Assembly: GCF_035594765.1 (NCBI RefSeq)
Contig: NW_026943819.1
Coordinates: forward strand, 1,178,001 to 1,242,000
Source: Anolis carolinensis
Taxonomy: Eukaryota
DNA length: 64,000 nucleotides
Reading direction: 5' to 3'
Below, in pieces: positions 1 to 16,200 of the stretch. A model generated the notes under the pieces. The model saw nothing but the letters and a program-made list of their open reading frames with translations, searched no databases and was not told where the DNA came from. How positions within the stretch are numbered: the stretch's first letter is position 1; each line of letters starts with the position of its first letter. The translations under genes were made by a program, and so were the position numbers.

Positions 1-59
1 ACTATGGACAGGATTATTGTAGATCCACAGAGTAGAGGAAGATCCAAAATAATCCCCCC

Positions 60-472
60 TGTCCCTTTAAATTGATGACCCCACCCACAACAGGCGCGCC
101 TCGACCAGCCAATCGGGAGCGAGGTGACGTATACAGAAACTGGCTGGAGCCGCGGTCACGTGGGAGCTTCCGGCGCCATCTTTAGTCCGGGCAGCGTTGA
201 CGCCTCCAGACGCCGCTATTACCGTGAAAACGTACCGAATCCTCGACAAGATTCGCGCTATTGCGTTGTTTATTCTCTGAAGCGGAACTCTTCGGGAGGG
301 AAGAACGGGCGCTTGGGGGAAGAAAGCAAGTTGCCAGGAACAAAGATGGCGTTCGGAGCGCGCCTCCCATGATGCTCCGGGACAGGGTGTCACAGCGTAA
401 GGCGTCCGGGCGGAAACGCGGAAGTGAAAGCGGTGAGAGAAAGAGAGGTCGGGGCACCTCTTTGTCGGAGCG
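60..472 (+). promoter_or_regulatory. DPAGT1: CpG-island promoter and probable non-coding first exon of DPAGT1
   Basis: CpG-dense; CCAAT near 110, TGACGT near 125, GTCACGTGG E-box near 155, CTTCCGG ETS motif abutting CGCCATCTT YY1 motif near 167-181, AAGATGGCG near 343. Donor CG|GTGAGT at 472/473 and acceptor CTCCAG| at 1150 upstream of the DPAGT1 ATG. Confidence 0.7.
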
Positions 473-499
473 GTGAGTGGAAGAGGGGCCGAGGCCTAA

Positions 500-1080
500 T
501 GCTGTGGGATGCTGGGAGCTGTAGTTAGTCGTGCTATGGGATTCTGGGTTAGCCATGCTATGGGATGATGGGAGTGGGAGTTGGAGTAGGTCCTGCAGTG
601 GGATGCTGGGTGTTGTAGTTGGTTCTGCAATGGGGCACTGGGTTAGTTGTGCAATGGGGTGCTGGGAGTTGTAGTTAGCTGTGCTATGGGATTCTGGGTT
701 AGCCAAGCTATGGGATGATAGGAGTTGGAGTAGGTCCTGCATTGGGATGCTGGGTTAGTTATGCTATGGGATGCTGGGAGTTGTAGTTGGTTCTGCAATG
801 GAGCACTGGGTTAGTCGTGCAATTGGGTGCTGGGAGTTGTAGTTAGTCATGCTATGGGATTCTGGGTTAGCCATGCAATGGGATGATGGGAGTTGGCGTA
901 GGTCCTGCATTGGGATGCTGGGTTAGTTGCTATGGGATGCTAGGAGTTGTAGTTGGTTCTGTAATGGGGCACTGGGTTAGTTGTACAATGGGGTTCTAGG
1001 AGTTGTAGTTAGTCGTGCTATGGGATTCTGGGAGTTGGAGTAGGTCCTTCAGTGAGATGCTGGGGATGCTGGGAGTGCCC
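500..1080. repeat. Degenerate tandem array (~150-170 bp higher-order period) built from GGGATGCTGGGAGTTGTAGTT and GCTATGGGATTCTGGGTTAG modules
   Basis: GCTGGGAGTTGTAGTT-like motif recurs near 511, 605, 661, 773, 829, 939 and 995. Confidence 0.85.
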
Positions 1081-1335
1081 ATGGGGAAATAGGGCGGGAT
1101 ATAAATAGTTATTATTATTGTTATTATTATTAGTCTCCCTCTGGCTCCAGGTCTCCGGAATCCCACCATGAAGGCGGGCACTGCACCCTGCTGTTCCTGT
1201 TTGTGGCCTGGAAAATCTGTCAGTGACACTGTGTTGCCAAAAGGAACCTGCGGCGGCCACCCCGTCTAGGCTTCGCCAATCCGCAGCCGGCCACTCCGCC
1301 CCACCCCTTCGGGTTGGGTGTCGCCCGCCTTGGAG

Positions 1336-6343
<5,008 letters not shown>

Positions 6344-7129
6344 GCTTTGCTTCTGGAGCCGCCTCTCCTTCTCTGACGTAATGGGGAGCGGGAAGGGGCT
6401 GGGTTTGCGCAGAAGCTCACGGATGCAGGACGGAGCCTTTCCTGTCGCAGCGCGGCCCCTTCCCCTCCCCTGCACTTTGCCAACCACTGCCTTGAATGCA
6501 GCCGGGCAGCAACGTCCTCTCACAAGGAACTGGAATCAATTCCTCGTCCGAAATGAGTGGATGCGAAGCTTGAAAGGACGATGGGAAGCGTGGAGAAGGA
6601 TGTCCCGTGTTGTTCCCGATCTGCTCTTTCCTTCTGAAGGAGTGTTTTGGTTAAAATGGGGCTCCTGCTCTGGACTGAGGCCTTCCTTGGAGCCCCCCTT
6701 GAGTCTCCCTTCATACAGTGCTTCTCTTCACCATCCTTTCGTGGGAGGGAACGAGGAGACCAAGCGGTCACTGCACCTTGAGGGTGGAAGCCGGCCTCTG
6801 TTGCCTTTGGGGGATGTGTTGTGCGGGGATGGGGAGGAGCGCGGACCGCAAAGAGGGAGCGCAGGGCAAGAGACTATAATAAAGTCATGAACGGAAAGAG
6901 AAGATGTCCTTATTCCAGGGAATCTGAGTTCCGTGCCTCCTGTTTGATGTGATGTGTTGGGAGAGGCAACAGTGCTGGGCGGTCCATGCAGCCATGGCCT
7001 TGGAGGCGTCTATGGACAACGCCGGCTCTTCAGCTTAGAAATGTAGGTGAGCGTCACCCCACAGTGTGGGACACCACTGGACTTAACATCAGAGAAAAAC
7101 CTTTACCTGGAAAAGGTTTTAATATTGGT

Positions 7130-7522
7130 AGCCTTTATCTGGCTACCAGTATTAAAAAACTCAAAAATCAAAACAGTAGAAGGGAAGCAACACTCTGAGG
7201 GCAGAGGAGCCCCAAGGACGGCTAATGACTCTGCACAAAGGATGCCCCCAGGCAAGAGAAACCTTTCCAATGCTAATTAGGGTGATTAACTGCAACATTC
7301 ACGCTGGCCTCCAACTGACAAAGAGTTCTTCTCTCACCCTGGACTTCCCACAGATATATATAAACCTTCCTTGCTTAGTTTTTCCATACCTCACAACCTC
7401 TGAGGATGCCTGCCATAGATGTGGGCGAAACGTCAGGAGAGAATACTTCTGGAACATGGCCACACAGCCCGAAAGACATACAACAACCCTGTGATCCCGG
7501 CTATGAAAGCCTTCGACAACAC
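7130..7522 (+). mobile_element. Penelope-like element 3' fragment (related pieces near 1520-1600, 11720-11910, 26200-26440, 49880-50140, 50400-50650)
   Basis: Shared block CTCTGAGGATGCCTGCCATAGATGTGGGCGAAACGTCAGGAGAGAAT...CTGGAACATGGCC recurs across the window. The 50.4 kb copy encodes HREAIERHKH, resembling the C-terminus of Penelope GIY-YIG endonucleases. Family assignment is from memory. Confidence 0.55.
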
Positions 7523-7555
7523 CTTTCCCTTGCTTTGGTTCCACATGCCTGCCTT

Positions 7556-8046
7556 TTGAATTTGGCGCGGTGCTTCTCCATTGGCTGCAGGTGCCAGGGG
7601 AGTGCCGGCAGAGCCAATGGGAGCTCGGGGGTGGGGTCTGCGCCATCCAATAGGGAGCCAGAGCGCTGTCTGCTATTGAAAGCAGCTGGAGTGGCGGTCA
7701 CGAATTTGAGGAACGCCGGCAGGGCCATTAGGAGAGTGGGGCGTGGCCTGCGCTGTCCAATGGGAAGGCAGCGCGGGCTGATACAATTTGGTGCTCTGCT
7801 TCCTCATTGAGGAGGGAGGGAGTACCGGCAGGGCCAATGGGAGTGGGGTGCCCAGTCCGCACCGTCCAATGGAGAGCCACAGCGTGGCGTGCTATTAAAT
7901 GCAGCCGCGTGGGCTTTGGCGTTGACGAATTTGGCGCGCTGCTCACCCATTGGAAGCAGCCGAGTGGGGAACGCTGGCAGGGCCAATGGGAGCGCGGGGC
8001 GGAATCTACGGTGCCCAATGGGGAAGCGGCGCGGGCTGGTATAAAA
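7556..8046 (+). promoter_or_regulatory. Histone promoter made of four tandem E2F/CCAAT/CCAAT/TATA-like modules
   Basis: Proximal module: TTTGGCGCG near 7930, ATTGG 7949, CCAAT 7983 and 8015, TATAAAA 8040-8046. Homologous modules begin near 7559, 7703 and 7785. Confidence 0.85.
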
Positions 8047-8085
8047 GCGGTTTGCGCGGGCTTTGGCTCTCACTTGTCTGAGGCG

Positions 8086-8499
8086 ATGGCGAGCGTGCGC
8101 GGGAGGTCGAGAGGCAAGTCGGGCTCGTCCCGGGCGGGGCTGCAGTTCCCGGTGGGGCGCGTGGGGCGGCTGCTGCGGCGCGGGCGGTACGCGGAGCGCG
8201 TGGGTCGCGGGGCGGCGGTGTACCTGGCGGCGGTGCTGGAGTACCTGGCGGCGGAGCTGCTGGAGCTGGCCGGGGAGGCGGCGCGCGCCCACCGCAAGGC
8301 CCGCATCGCCCCGCGGCACCTGGCCCTGGCCGCCCGCAACGACGAGGAGCTCTCCCGCCTCCTCCGCACCGTCACCTTCGCCCAGGGCGGCGTCCTGCCC
8401 CACCTCCACGCCGCCCTCCTCCCGCGCGGGAAGGAGAACAAGGAGGAGAAGAAGGCCAAGGCCCCGCTCAAGGCCAGCCAGGCCTCGCAGGAGTACTAG
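8086..8499 (+). CDS. H2AX: Intronless histone H2A variant with SQEY C-terminus; divergent H2AX orthologue (137 aa)
   Basis: H2A fold ([36 protein letters not shown]), terminal [12 protein letters not shown] box 46 nt upstream, and syntenic position between DPAGT1 and HMBS. ATTAAA at 8763 is followed by a U/GU-rich tract. Confidence 0.9.
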   Translation: MASVRGRSRGKSGSSRAGLQFPVGRVGRLLRRGRYAERVGRGAAVYLAAVLEYLAAELLELAGEAARAHRKARIAPRHLALAARNDEELSRLLRTVTFAQGGVLPHLHAALLPRGKENKEEKKAKAPLKASQASQEY

Positions 8500-9126
8500 G
8501 CCCGGCCCGGCACACCCGCCAAAGGACTCGGAGGCGTCTCTTCTTCCCTTCTGACCATCTGGAGTCGAGTCGTGGAGTGCGAGGCCCCAACACTTCCGGC
8601 TTGAAGGGACTGGACTTACTTTTGGGACTGGAGGCGCCGCTTGCAACTTCCGCTCCTTCATTCAAGGCTTTGTGGAAGACCAGGCCCCCAACACTTCCGG
8701 GAAACTTGCTGTGGACACTTCCAAGGGACTGCACTGTCTTTGGGGACTTCACTCTCTCACTCATTAAAGGTTTCTTTTTAGTTTTTTGAACATCTCGTGT
8801 TTTGTCTTGAGTGGGGGGGGTCGCTTCCGGTTCCGTTGACCACATTCTCATCGTACTTCCGGTTGCAGATTGTACGGGGAGAGTCTTTCCTTGGGAAGAA
8901 GGACCTCCTTCCCAAACGCTGGTCTAACCGCTTTTGTGGGCTTTTTGGAATTCCTGGCCACTGGGAGTTCAAAATTTCCCTTCCAAGTCTAGAATGTAAA
9001 TTTATATGCCACTTTATCTCCATGCCACTTAAATTAAAATTTACAAGTTTGTACAATCACATATATACAGGTATATTATACACTATATTACAATATTTTT
9101 ATAAATTATATATTGTATTGCTATTA

Positions 9127-9449
9127 CAGTAGAGTCTCACTTATCCAAGCTAAACGGGCCGGCAGAAGCTTGGATAAGCGAATATCTTGGATAACAAGGA
9201 GAGATTAAGAAAAAGCCTATTAAACATCAAATTAGGTTATGATTTTACAAATTAAGCACCAAAACTTCATGTTATACAACAAATTTGACAGAAAAAGCAG
9301 TTCAATACGCAGTAATGCTACGTAGTAATTACTGTATTTACGAATTTAGCACCAAAATATCATGATATATTGAAAACATTGACTACAAAAATGGCTTGGA
9401 TTATCCAGAGGCTTGGATAAGCGAGGCTTGGATTAGTGAGACTCTACAG
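9127..9449. mobile_element. Tc1/mariner-type MITE (~320 bp, TIR CAGTAGAGTCTCACTTATCC, TA flanks); further copies at 12915-13237, 19191-19513, 21032-21354, 23033-23320 (truncated), 28987-29307, 35182-35495, 45190-45480, 48889-49843, 52975-53285, 59937-60419
   Basis: Terminal inverted repeats flanked by TA, and near-identical internal sequence in 11 copies. Confidence 0.9.
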
Positions 9450-10269
9450 TATATTGTATTAAATTATAATATCAATATTGTATGTATATGTTACACCATT
9501 AGCATAGAACACTTATTATTTCATGTCTGAAACAACTTGAGAAACAGCAAGTTGCTTCTGGTGTGAGAGAATTGGCCATCTGCAAGGACGTTCCCTGGAT
9601 GTTTTGACGTTTTATCATCTTTGTGGGAGAACTCTTGTGCCCCCGCAATGGGGAGCTGGAACTGATCTGTACTCATTGGATTCGAAACAAAGACCTCCAG
9701 GTTTGGCCCCTTGCACCACCAGGGGGAAAGGAACCTGAGGCTGTTAAGAATTGTGGGAGTTGAAGTCCAAAACACCTGGAGGACTGAAGTTTGCCCATGC
9801 CTGCTTTAGGATAATCTTACGGAGGTAAATTTGATAAAAATAGGGTTGATTAATAAAATAAATCCTTAAAATCTGCAATTCTCAAGAGCTCCCTTCCATA
9901 TGTCTGCTCCTCAGCTCCAAGGAGCATACAAGAGTTTGCTTTGGCTCCATTTGGGCATCCAATACAAACCTCAACCACCGCTCTCTATCGTAAATCTCTT
10001 TAATCGTTTATATATATTATGCAGCTGCATACATTAAGACACTTGATTCTATGCAATAAACCCCCCTTCGTTGCCTGCATTTAAAAAACTTCAAATGGAG
10101 GCCTGCGAAAGGATCTTCCGACGGCACCAACTAGTTAAATGCTGGACTACAACACCCAGCATTCCTCCTCAGCCTTGACCCTGGCGGGCGCTGCAGTCCC
10201 ACCCCAGGGGTGTCGTGATGCCTTGGGATCCAGAGGCAATGGAGATGCATTGCCAAGTCCTGAAGGGCC

Positions 10270-13200
10270 TCAGGCGGCGTTGAGTTGTCGGGCGGCATCC
10301 AGGATGGGCCGGGCCCCTTGGCTCAGCAGCAGTGCGGCCAGATCCAGGCCCAGCTTCTCGGCCGCCGCTTGTGCCGCGCGAGGCTCCGTCCGGGCCATGA
10401 TGCCCAAGTGCTGGATGTTGTCGTCGGGACCCTCCTCGTCCTGACCACGATACAAGACCGCCGTTGGCACATATATTATGAGGCACAGATGACAACACAT
10501 GCACGCAAGATTAAAACCCATACTAAAATCCTTACTAATAAAATGTCGACTTAACATTGATAGTGATTTGGATGGCATTGGCCAAGTCACGCTCTCTCAG
10601 CCTCAAGGGGAAGCCAACCCCAACCAACCTTTACCATGGTTTTCTTTTCTGAAGTTCGTTCCCAGGAGGTTTACCAACTGCCTTTCTCTGAGGCTGAGTG
10701 TTAGTTGGCCAAGCTGTTTCCTTTTTTGGGCGAGTAGAACTCACCTCCATTGGGAATTTCACGTTTGTCTGCATGGTCTCGCACAAGCTCTCCGATCCGT
10801 CGAGGCTGTAGACGGCTCCGGTCAAATATAACTGGGGAAAGCCAAGCAGAGGGAGGCTGATGCAGGGAAAGGCAAGGGTCACACACTGGGGGTCCCAGAG
10901 AGTGGCTAAAGCCTGGCAAAAGGCCTCACCACCTACTGCAGCCACTGACCAGGCTGCCCCATTATTATTATTATTTTATTATGACAGCAAACAAGATAGA
11001 TATGCTGGATTTCATATCACAAATCACAAGTCAAACACTTCCCAAGTGTCTAGGACTGTGTGATGTATTTTCGGATGATGCGTGCAGATCCCAGCAGGGT
11101 GGCCTTTTGCAGTTGGCAGATCGTTATTATTATTATTATTATTACTACTACTATGTTGTTGTTGTTGGAAGGCTTTCATGGCTGGGATCACAGGGTTGTT
11201 GTATGTCTTTCGGGCTGTGTGGCCATGTTCCAGAAGTATTCTCTCCTGCTCGGGGGTCGCATTATTATTATATTTATTCTACATTACTATTTACCACTAG
11301 CTGCAACTACTGAACAGACTGCCCTATTATTAATACATATTATTATTATTGTTATAGATTATTATAAATTATTAGCATTATTTATTATCATCTTTGTTTC
11401 TAGCCTTACCTGGGAGTCCTTCAGCGTGGTGCTCACTGCCACAGGGACACTGCAGCCGCCCTCCTGCAAAGGAAAGTGAAGGGAGATCACTCAATGCTCC
11501 TTCCTTCCTCCCTTCTTTCCTTCCAGCCCTGGACTCACCAAGTGCTTCATGAAGGCCCGCTCCGCAATGCAGCGCAGCACGGTTTCCCCGTCATGCAGGA
11601 CGGACACCATCTCTAGGATCTCCTGGTCCCTGGCTCTCACTTCCACGGCTAATGCGCCCTGGAGAGAGAAAGGGGAAAAAGATTTGACATAAACATTAGG
11701 AATAATAATAGTAATGTGTTGTCAAAGGCTTTCATGGCTGGAATCACTGGGATGCTGTGAATTTTCCGGGCTGTATGGCTATTTTCCATAAGTATTTCCT
11801 CCTGACACTTCGCCCACAACCTCTGAGGATGACTGCCATAGATGTGGACAAAGCATCAGGAGAAAATGCTTCTGGAACATGGCCATACAGCCCGGAAAAC
11901 TCACAGCAACCCAATAATAATACTTTATTTTTAACCTGCCCTCTCTCCCTGAAGGGACTCAGGGCAGCTTCCAAAAACAATGATGGCAAACATCCAATGC
12001 CATATGCAATGACAGCAATAATGCCAGTGCCCCCCATTTCGTAATGACTTTTGAACCATTTTTTAAAATGGATTGCGCATCGCTACCACACAAACCTGTC
12101 CAACAGCATAGAGGCACTCCATGGGAGTCAGAATCTGGAAGGAAGGAAGCGAAGGGAGGTCAGTCTGGACGGGGAACGAGAGCCCAGTTGCAGACAGGCG
12201 GATGGACAAATCCCTTCTCCCCGCTCACCTGGCCAATGCGGTCCTCCCAGCCCATGCGCCGCAGGCCGGCCGTGGCCAGAACGATGGCGCTGAAGTCGTC
12301 CTTCTCGTCCAGCTTCTTCAAGCGGGTGTTCAGGTTGCCCCTCTGTGCAGGCGGCCCGTTAGGGAAAATGAGCCTTTCCAGGGCAGACCATGCTCTAATC
12401 TATTTATTTCTATCCTGCTTTTCTCCCAGATCGGGACTCAAAGCAAAATGTGCAATGGCAGGATGTTCCTCCTTACAGTTTAACAAACTTTTCCCAGGTT
12501 TTTATGATAGAACCAATTAGGAAATGATATTTATAACCCAGGAACAAAAACCGTGTTACATAGTACAACAACAATAATAATAATAAGCATAGTATTAGTA
12601 ATGTCCTCTTGCCTAAGAAGGTAATTCTCCACCACCTATAATGTGCTTCAAAGCAGCGTCTTTGAGCAAAAGAAAAGATACGATGTCCTTGAACTGCAGC
12701 TGCGGGAAGGCCCTCTTCAGCTGAGCCGCCCGGCGAAGGGAGCTGGTCCCAATCACACTGCGGAAGAGACCAAAGAAAGAAGGCGGGCAGATATCAGCTT
12801 GGCTCTGTGTTTGTGGAGGAATACTCCACCTGCAAGGCTCCTCTCTTTTTTAAAAATACATTGCATTTGGGATACAAAATATAAAAAGGAGAAACATCTA
12901 GAGATAAACAAATACAGTAGAGTCTCACTTATCCAAGCTAAATGGGCCGGCAGAAGCTTGGATAAGCGAATAACTTGGATAATAAGGAGGGATTAAGGAA
13001 AAGCCTATTAAACATCAAATTAGGTTATGATTTTACAAATTAAGAACCAAAATATCATGTTATACAACAAATTTGACAGAAAAAGTAGTTCAATCCGCAG
13101 TAATGTTATGTTGTAATTACTCTATCTACGAATTTAGCACCAAAATATCACGATGTATTGAAAACATTGACTACAAAAATGGCTTGGATTATCCAGAGGC

Positions 13201-16200
13201 TTGGATAAGCGAGGTTTGGATAAGAGAGACTCTACTGTATATCTAATCCAAAAACGTTGTTTCCCCAAACAAATACATTGCAATATCCTATCCAATCTTT
13301 CCCTTCCCGTGAACGTATCCATCCATGACTTCCAACACTGCTCACTGTGAGTCCCATGTCTCATAAACTCTACCCAAAATTCAAATTCAATAGCTTGGCC
13401 ATTTGAACATATTCAAATAACTTTTCACTCCAATTCTTTTTAGATGGATCTGCTTCACCTTTCCATGCTGCTGTTATTGTCGGTCTAGCTGCAACAAAGC
13501 CATATTGATACATGTCCTCGTCTCCTTTGATAATTCTCTCTCTATAACCCTAAAAGGCTCACCTTTTATCTGGGAGGCTGCTGAGCGTTTTGCCGACGTG
13601 CTTCGGGTGAAAGACAACAGCGTCGTGCGGGTTTTCCCTCCTGCGAAGGAAGGACAACAAAGACGGGCAGTTTCAAGGGCAAAGGCCATGTTTTTCTCAG
13701 GCTACAGTCCCCAGAAATGCTGGGAGTTGCAGTTCTCACAAGGAGCAGAACCAAGTCTTATCTGGAGGGAAAAGGGAAATCGGGAGGCCCAGGAGATGGA
13801 CACGGAACAAAAGACCCTCCCCGACATATTTGGTGTAGTTGGCAGTGAAGACAGAGTCTGTCCAGGGCACTCACTTGCAGACGGCTCCGATGGTGAATCC
13901 AGGCGGGAGAGAGGTGGGCAGGTCCTTCAGGGAGTGGACCACCAAGTCAACCCTGCAATCGGAGGAGGAAGACATTGCAGATGGACAATATGGAGACGGA
14001 AGGCAGCACCACATAGAGCCCAATGGGGCCAAAGGAAGAGGAGGAGGCAGGTGCCAATCTCAAAGGTGTGGCCGGGATCGAATCCAGCTCAGTTTCCCAA
14101 TCTGCCCAGGTCAGCCGTGCAGGAAAGTAGCCCATGTCCCTCCGGGAAAAGCATGACCTACATTCATTGTGTCAGTGAATTATAATCCCCGGTGTGTATC
14201 TGTGATAGGGATTTTAATAGGGCTTGTTTTTATCTCGCTGTTTGGACTATGCTGTGAGGCTGCAAGGAGAGATGGTCAAGTCCATATTATTCCTGGAGCT
14301 GCGTGAAATCTTGGGCCGATGTCAATCCTAGTAAAGAAATTCAGTCTCCAAGATAACAGCTTCTATATCCAAAGAAATTCTTCGTATGATATGCAATGCC
14401 AAGACTGGTACAAAACAAGGTCTCCAAAAGAATTTCTTTGAAAATAGAAGCTGTTATCTTGGAGACTGAATTTCTTCACTACGATTGACATCAGCCCAAG
14501 ATTTCACACAGCTCCAGGAATAATATGGACTTGGTTGTCTCTTTATGTCTGTTATTTACTCCTTGAACATTATATCCTTTGTTGGATTATGACATGGAAA
14601 CTGTAACTTTACTTTTGATATTCTGAAAGTAATTTCTTTATATGTAATATAGTTTGAAGTAACTTACTCTCATGTAAAGTTGTAGAAACCAGGTTTGTGT
14701 TACACTCCTTGTGAGTATATACACATACATTATTGTTTTGTGTTGTTATAGATATGTGTGCATTACCCGCAAGGAGAGGTGGGTCATCTACATCTATATC
14801 TATCTATATCTATAATAAAAAGTCAGTGTTTCTTGGTATGTTTGTTTGTATGTATGTATGCAGGTGCTGGTGTATTTTTTTGGCCAGGGCTCCGACTTCC
14901 AGAGACGACGGAAATCCCCACAAATGAGGGACCTGGATGAAATTTGGCAAATGGACCAGCCTCCCCCCGGTGACCCACTTTACGTCTTGGTGCAATTTGG
15001 GGGAGGATGGACCATGGACGATGGGATTTGCAGTACCTTCACCAGCCTGTAATGGGTCCATTCATAACATCCAAAAACAAACAAGCAATGCCTTTTTCAA
15101 ATAACCTAGGAACCCAAGCTAGTAAATAAATAAATACATGATGGTGATGATGATTAAAGGGGAGGGGACTTTGGATCCCAGGTGCAGATCACTCACTCGT
15201 TCCTTTCCAAGGCGTTTTCCAGCTCTTTGGTGAAGAGGCTTTTCTCTCCGATCTGGGACGGGAAAGAGGAGACTACGGTCAGGGCTGCGTTTGCCCAAAT
15301 GAAAAGGGAGGGAGGGAGTTGCAAAGGGAACGTGGCTCACCTTGGACAGTGCGGTGTCCAGGATCTTGTCTCCCGTGGTTGTCATGCCGACTGCGGACGG
15401 GGAAGGAAAAGCAAAGCATCATTAGGTCAAGAGGCCAAGGCGGTCAAAGGCTACGAGGAAAGGGCCAAAGGGGAAAAGCAAAGGCACACTCACTGATCTC
15501 GAAGTGCAGCTGAGGATGGTGCTTCTGCAGCATCTCCACCACGCTGTCCGTCTGGATACGGGCCAGCTGCAAAAAAGGCCCAGATCAATATATATCATTT
15601 AGAGTCCTTCCCGTATCCGATGCAATCGGTAACAACATTAACTGCATATTTGGAGTCAATTGGGGTAAACTGTAGGGATATTGGATCTGGATCTTGATAA
15701 CAGCTTGTTAACACCTTGATTACTTTAACTTGGGTTGTAATGTGGGTTGTATGCTGTGTGAGTGTGTGTCAAGTGTATTGATATGGCTAATGTGGTAATA
15801 AATAAAATGAATTGTCTATTGTATTGTCTGTAATAAAATAATAACACTATTTAACATGTTCTTGGCTGCCCATACACACCATAAATAATAATAATAATAG
15901 TAATAATAATATGCAACATACTGAATATACTCGAGTATAAGCCTAGTTTTTCAGCCCTTTTTAGGGCTGAAAAAGCTCCCCTCGGCTTATACTCGAGTGA
16001 GAGTCCTGGCCGGCTTCTATTCAGGTCGGCTTATACTTGAGTATATAGGTATTCAGAGTTGGACAGTCTTATCTTATTAAAGTCTTATTATTATCTTAAA
16101 TTACAGTTTTATATAAATATTCAAAAACATTTAACCTACTGATGCCTCAAATCATGCAATTTTATTAATATCTATTTTTATTTTTGAATTTGACCTGTAG

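Noticed and set aside
182-742. 186-aa minus-strand ORF with repeated peptide
   Set aside because: Translation of the tandem array and promoter; no homology recognised, and I could not identify exons of the expected neighbouring gene here.
7807-8085. ORF track shows a 230-aa ORF extending the histone N-terminally
   Set aside because: It starts at a non-ATG codon and runs through the CCAAT/TATA promoter; the ATG at 8086 downstream of the TATA box is the credible start.
7804-8661. 285-aa antisense ORF over the histone
   Set aside because: Expected shadow of a very GC-rich coding sequence; no recognisable domain.
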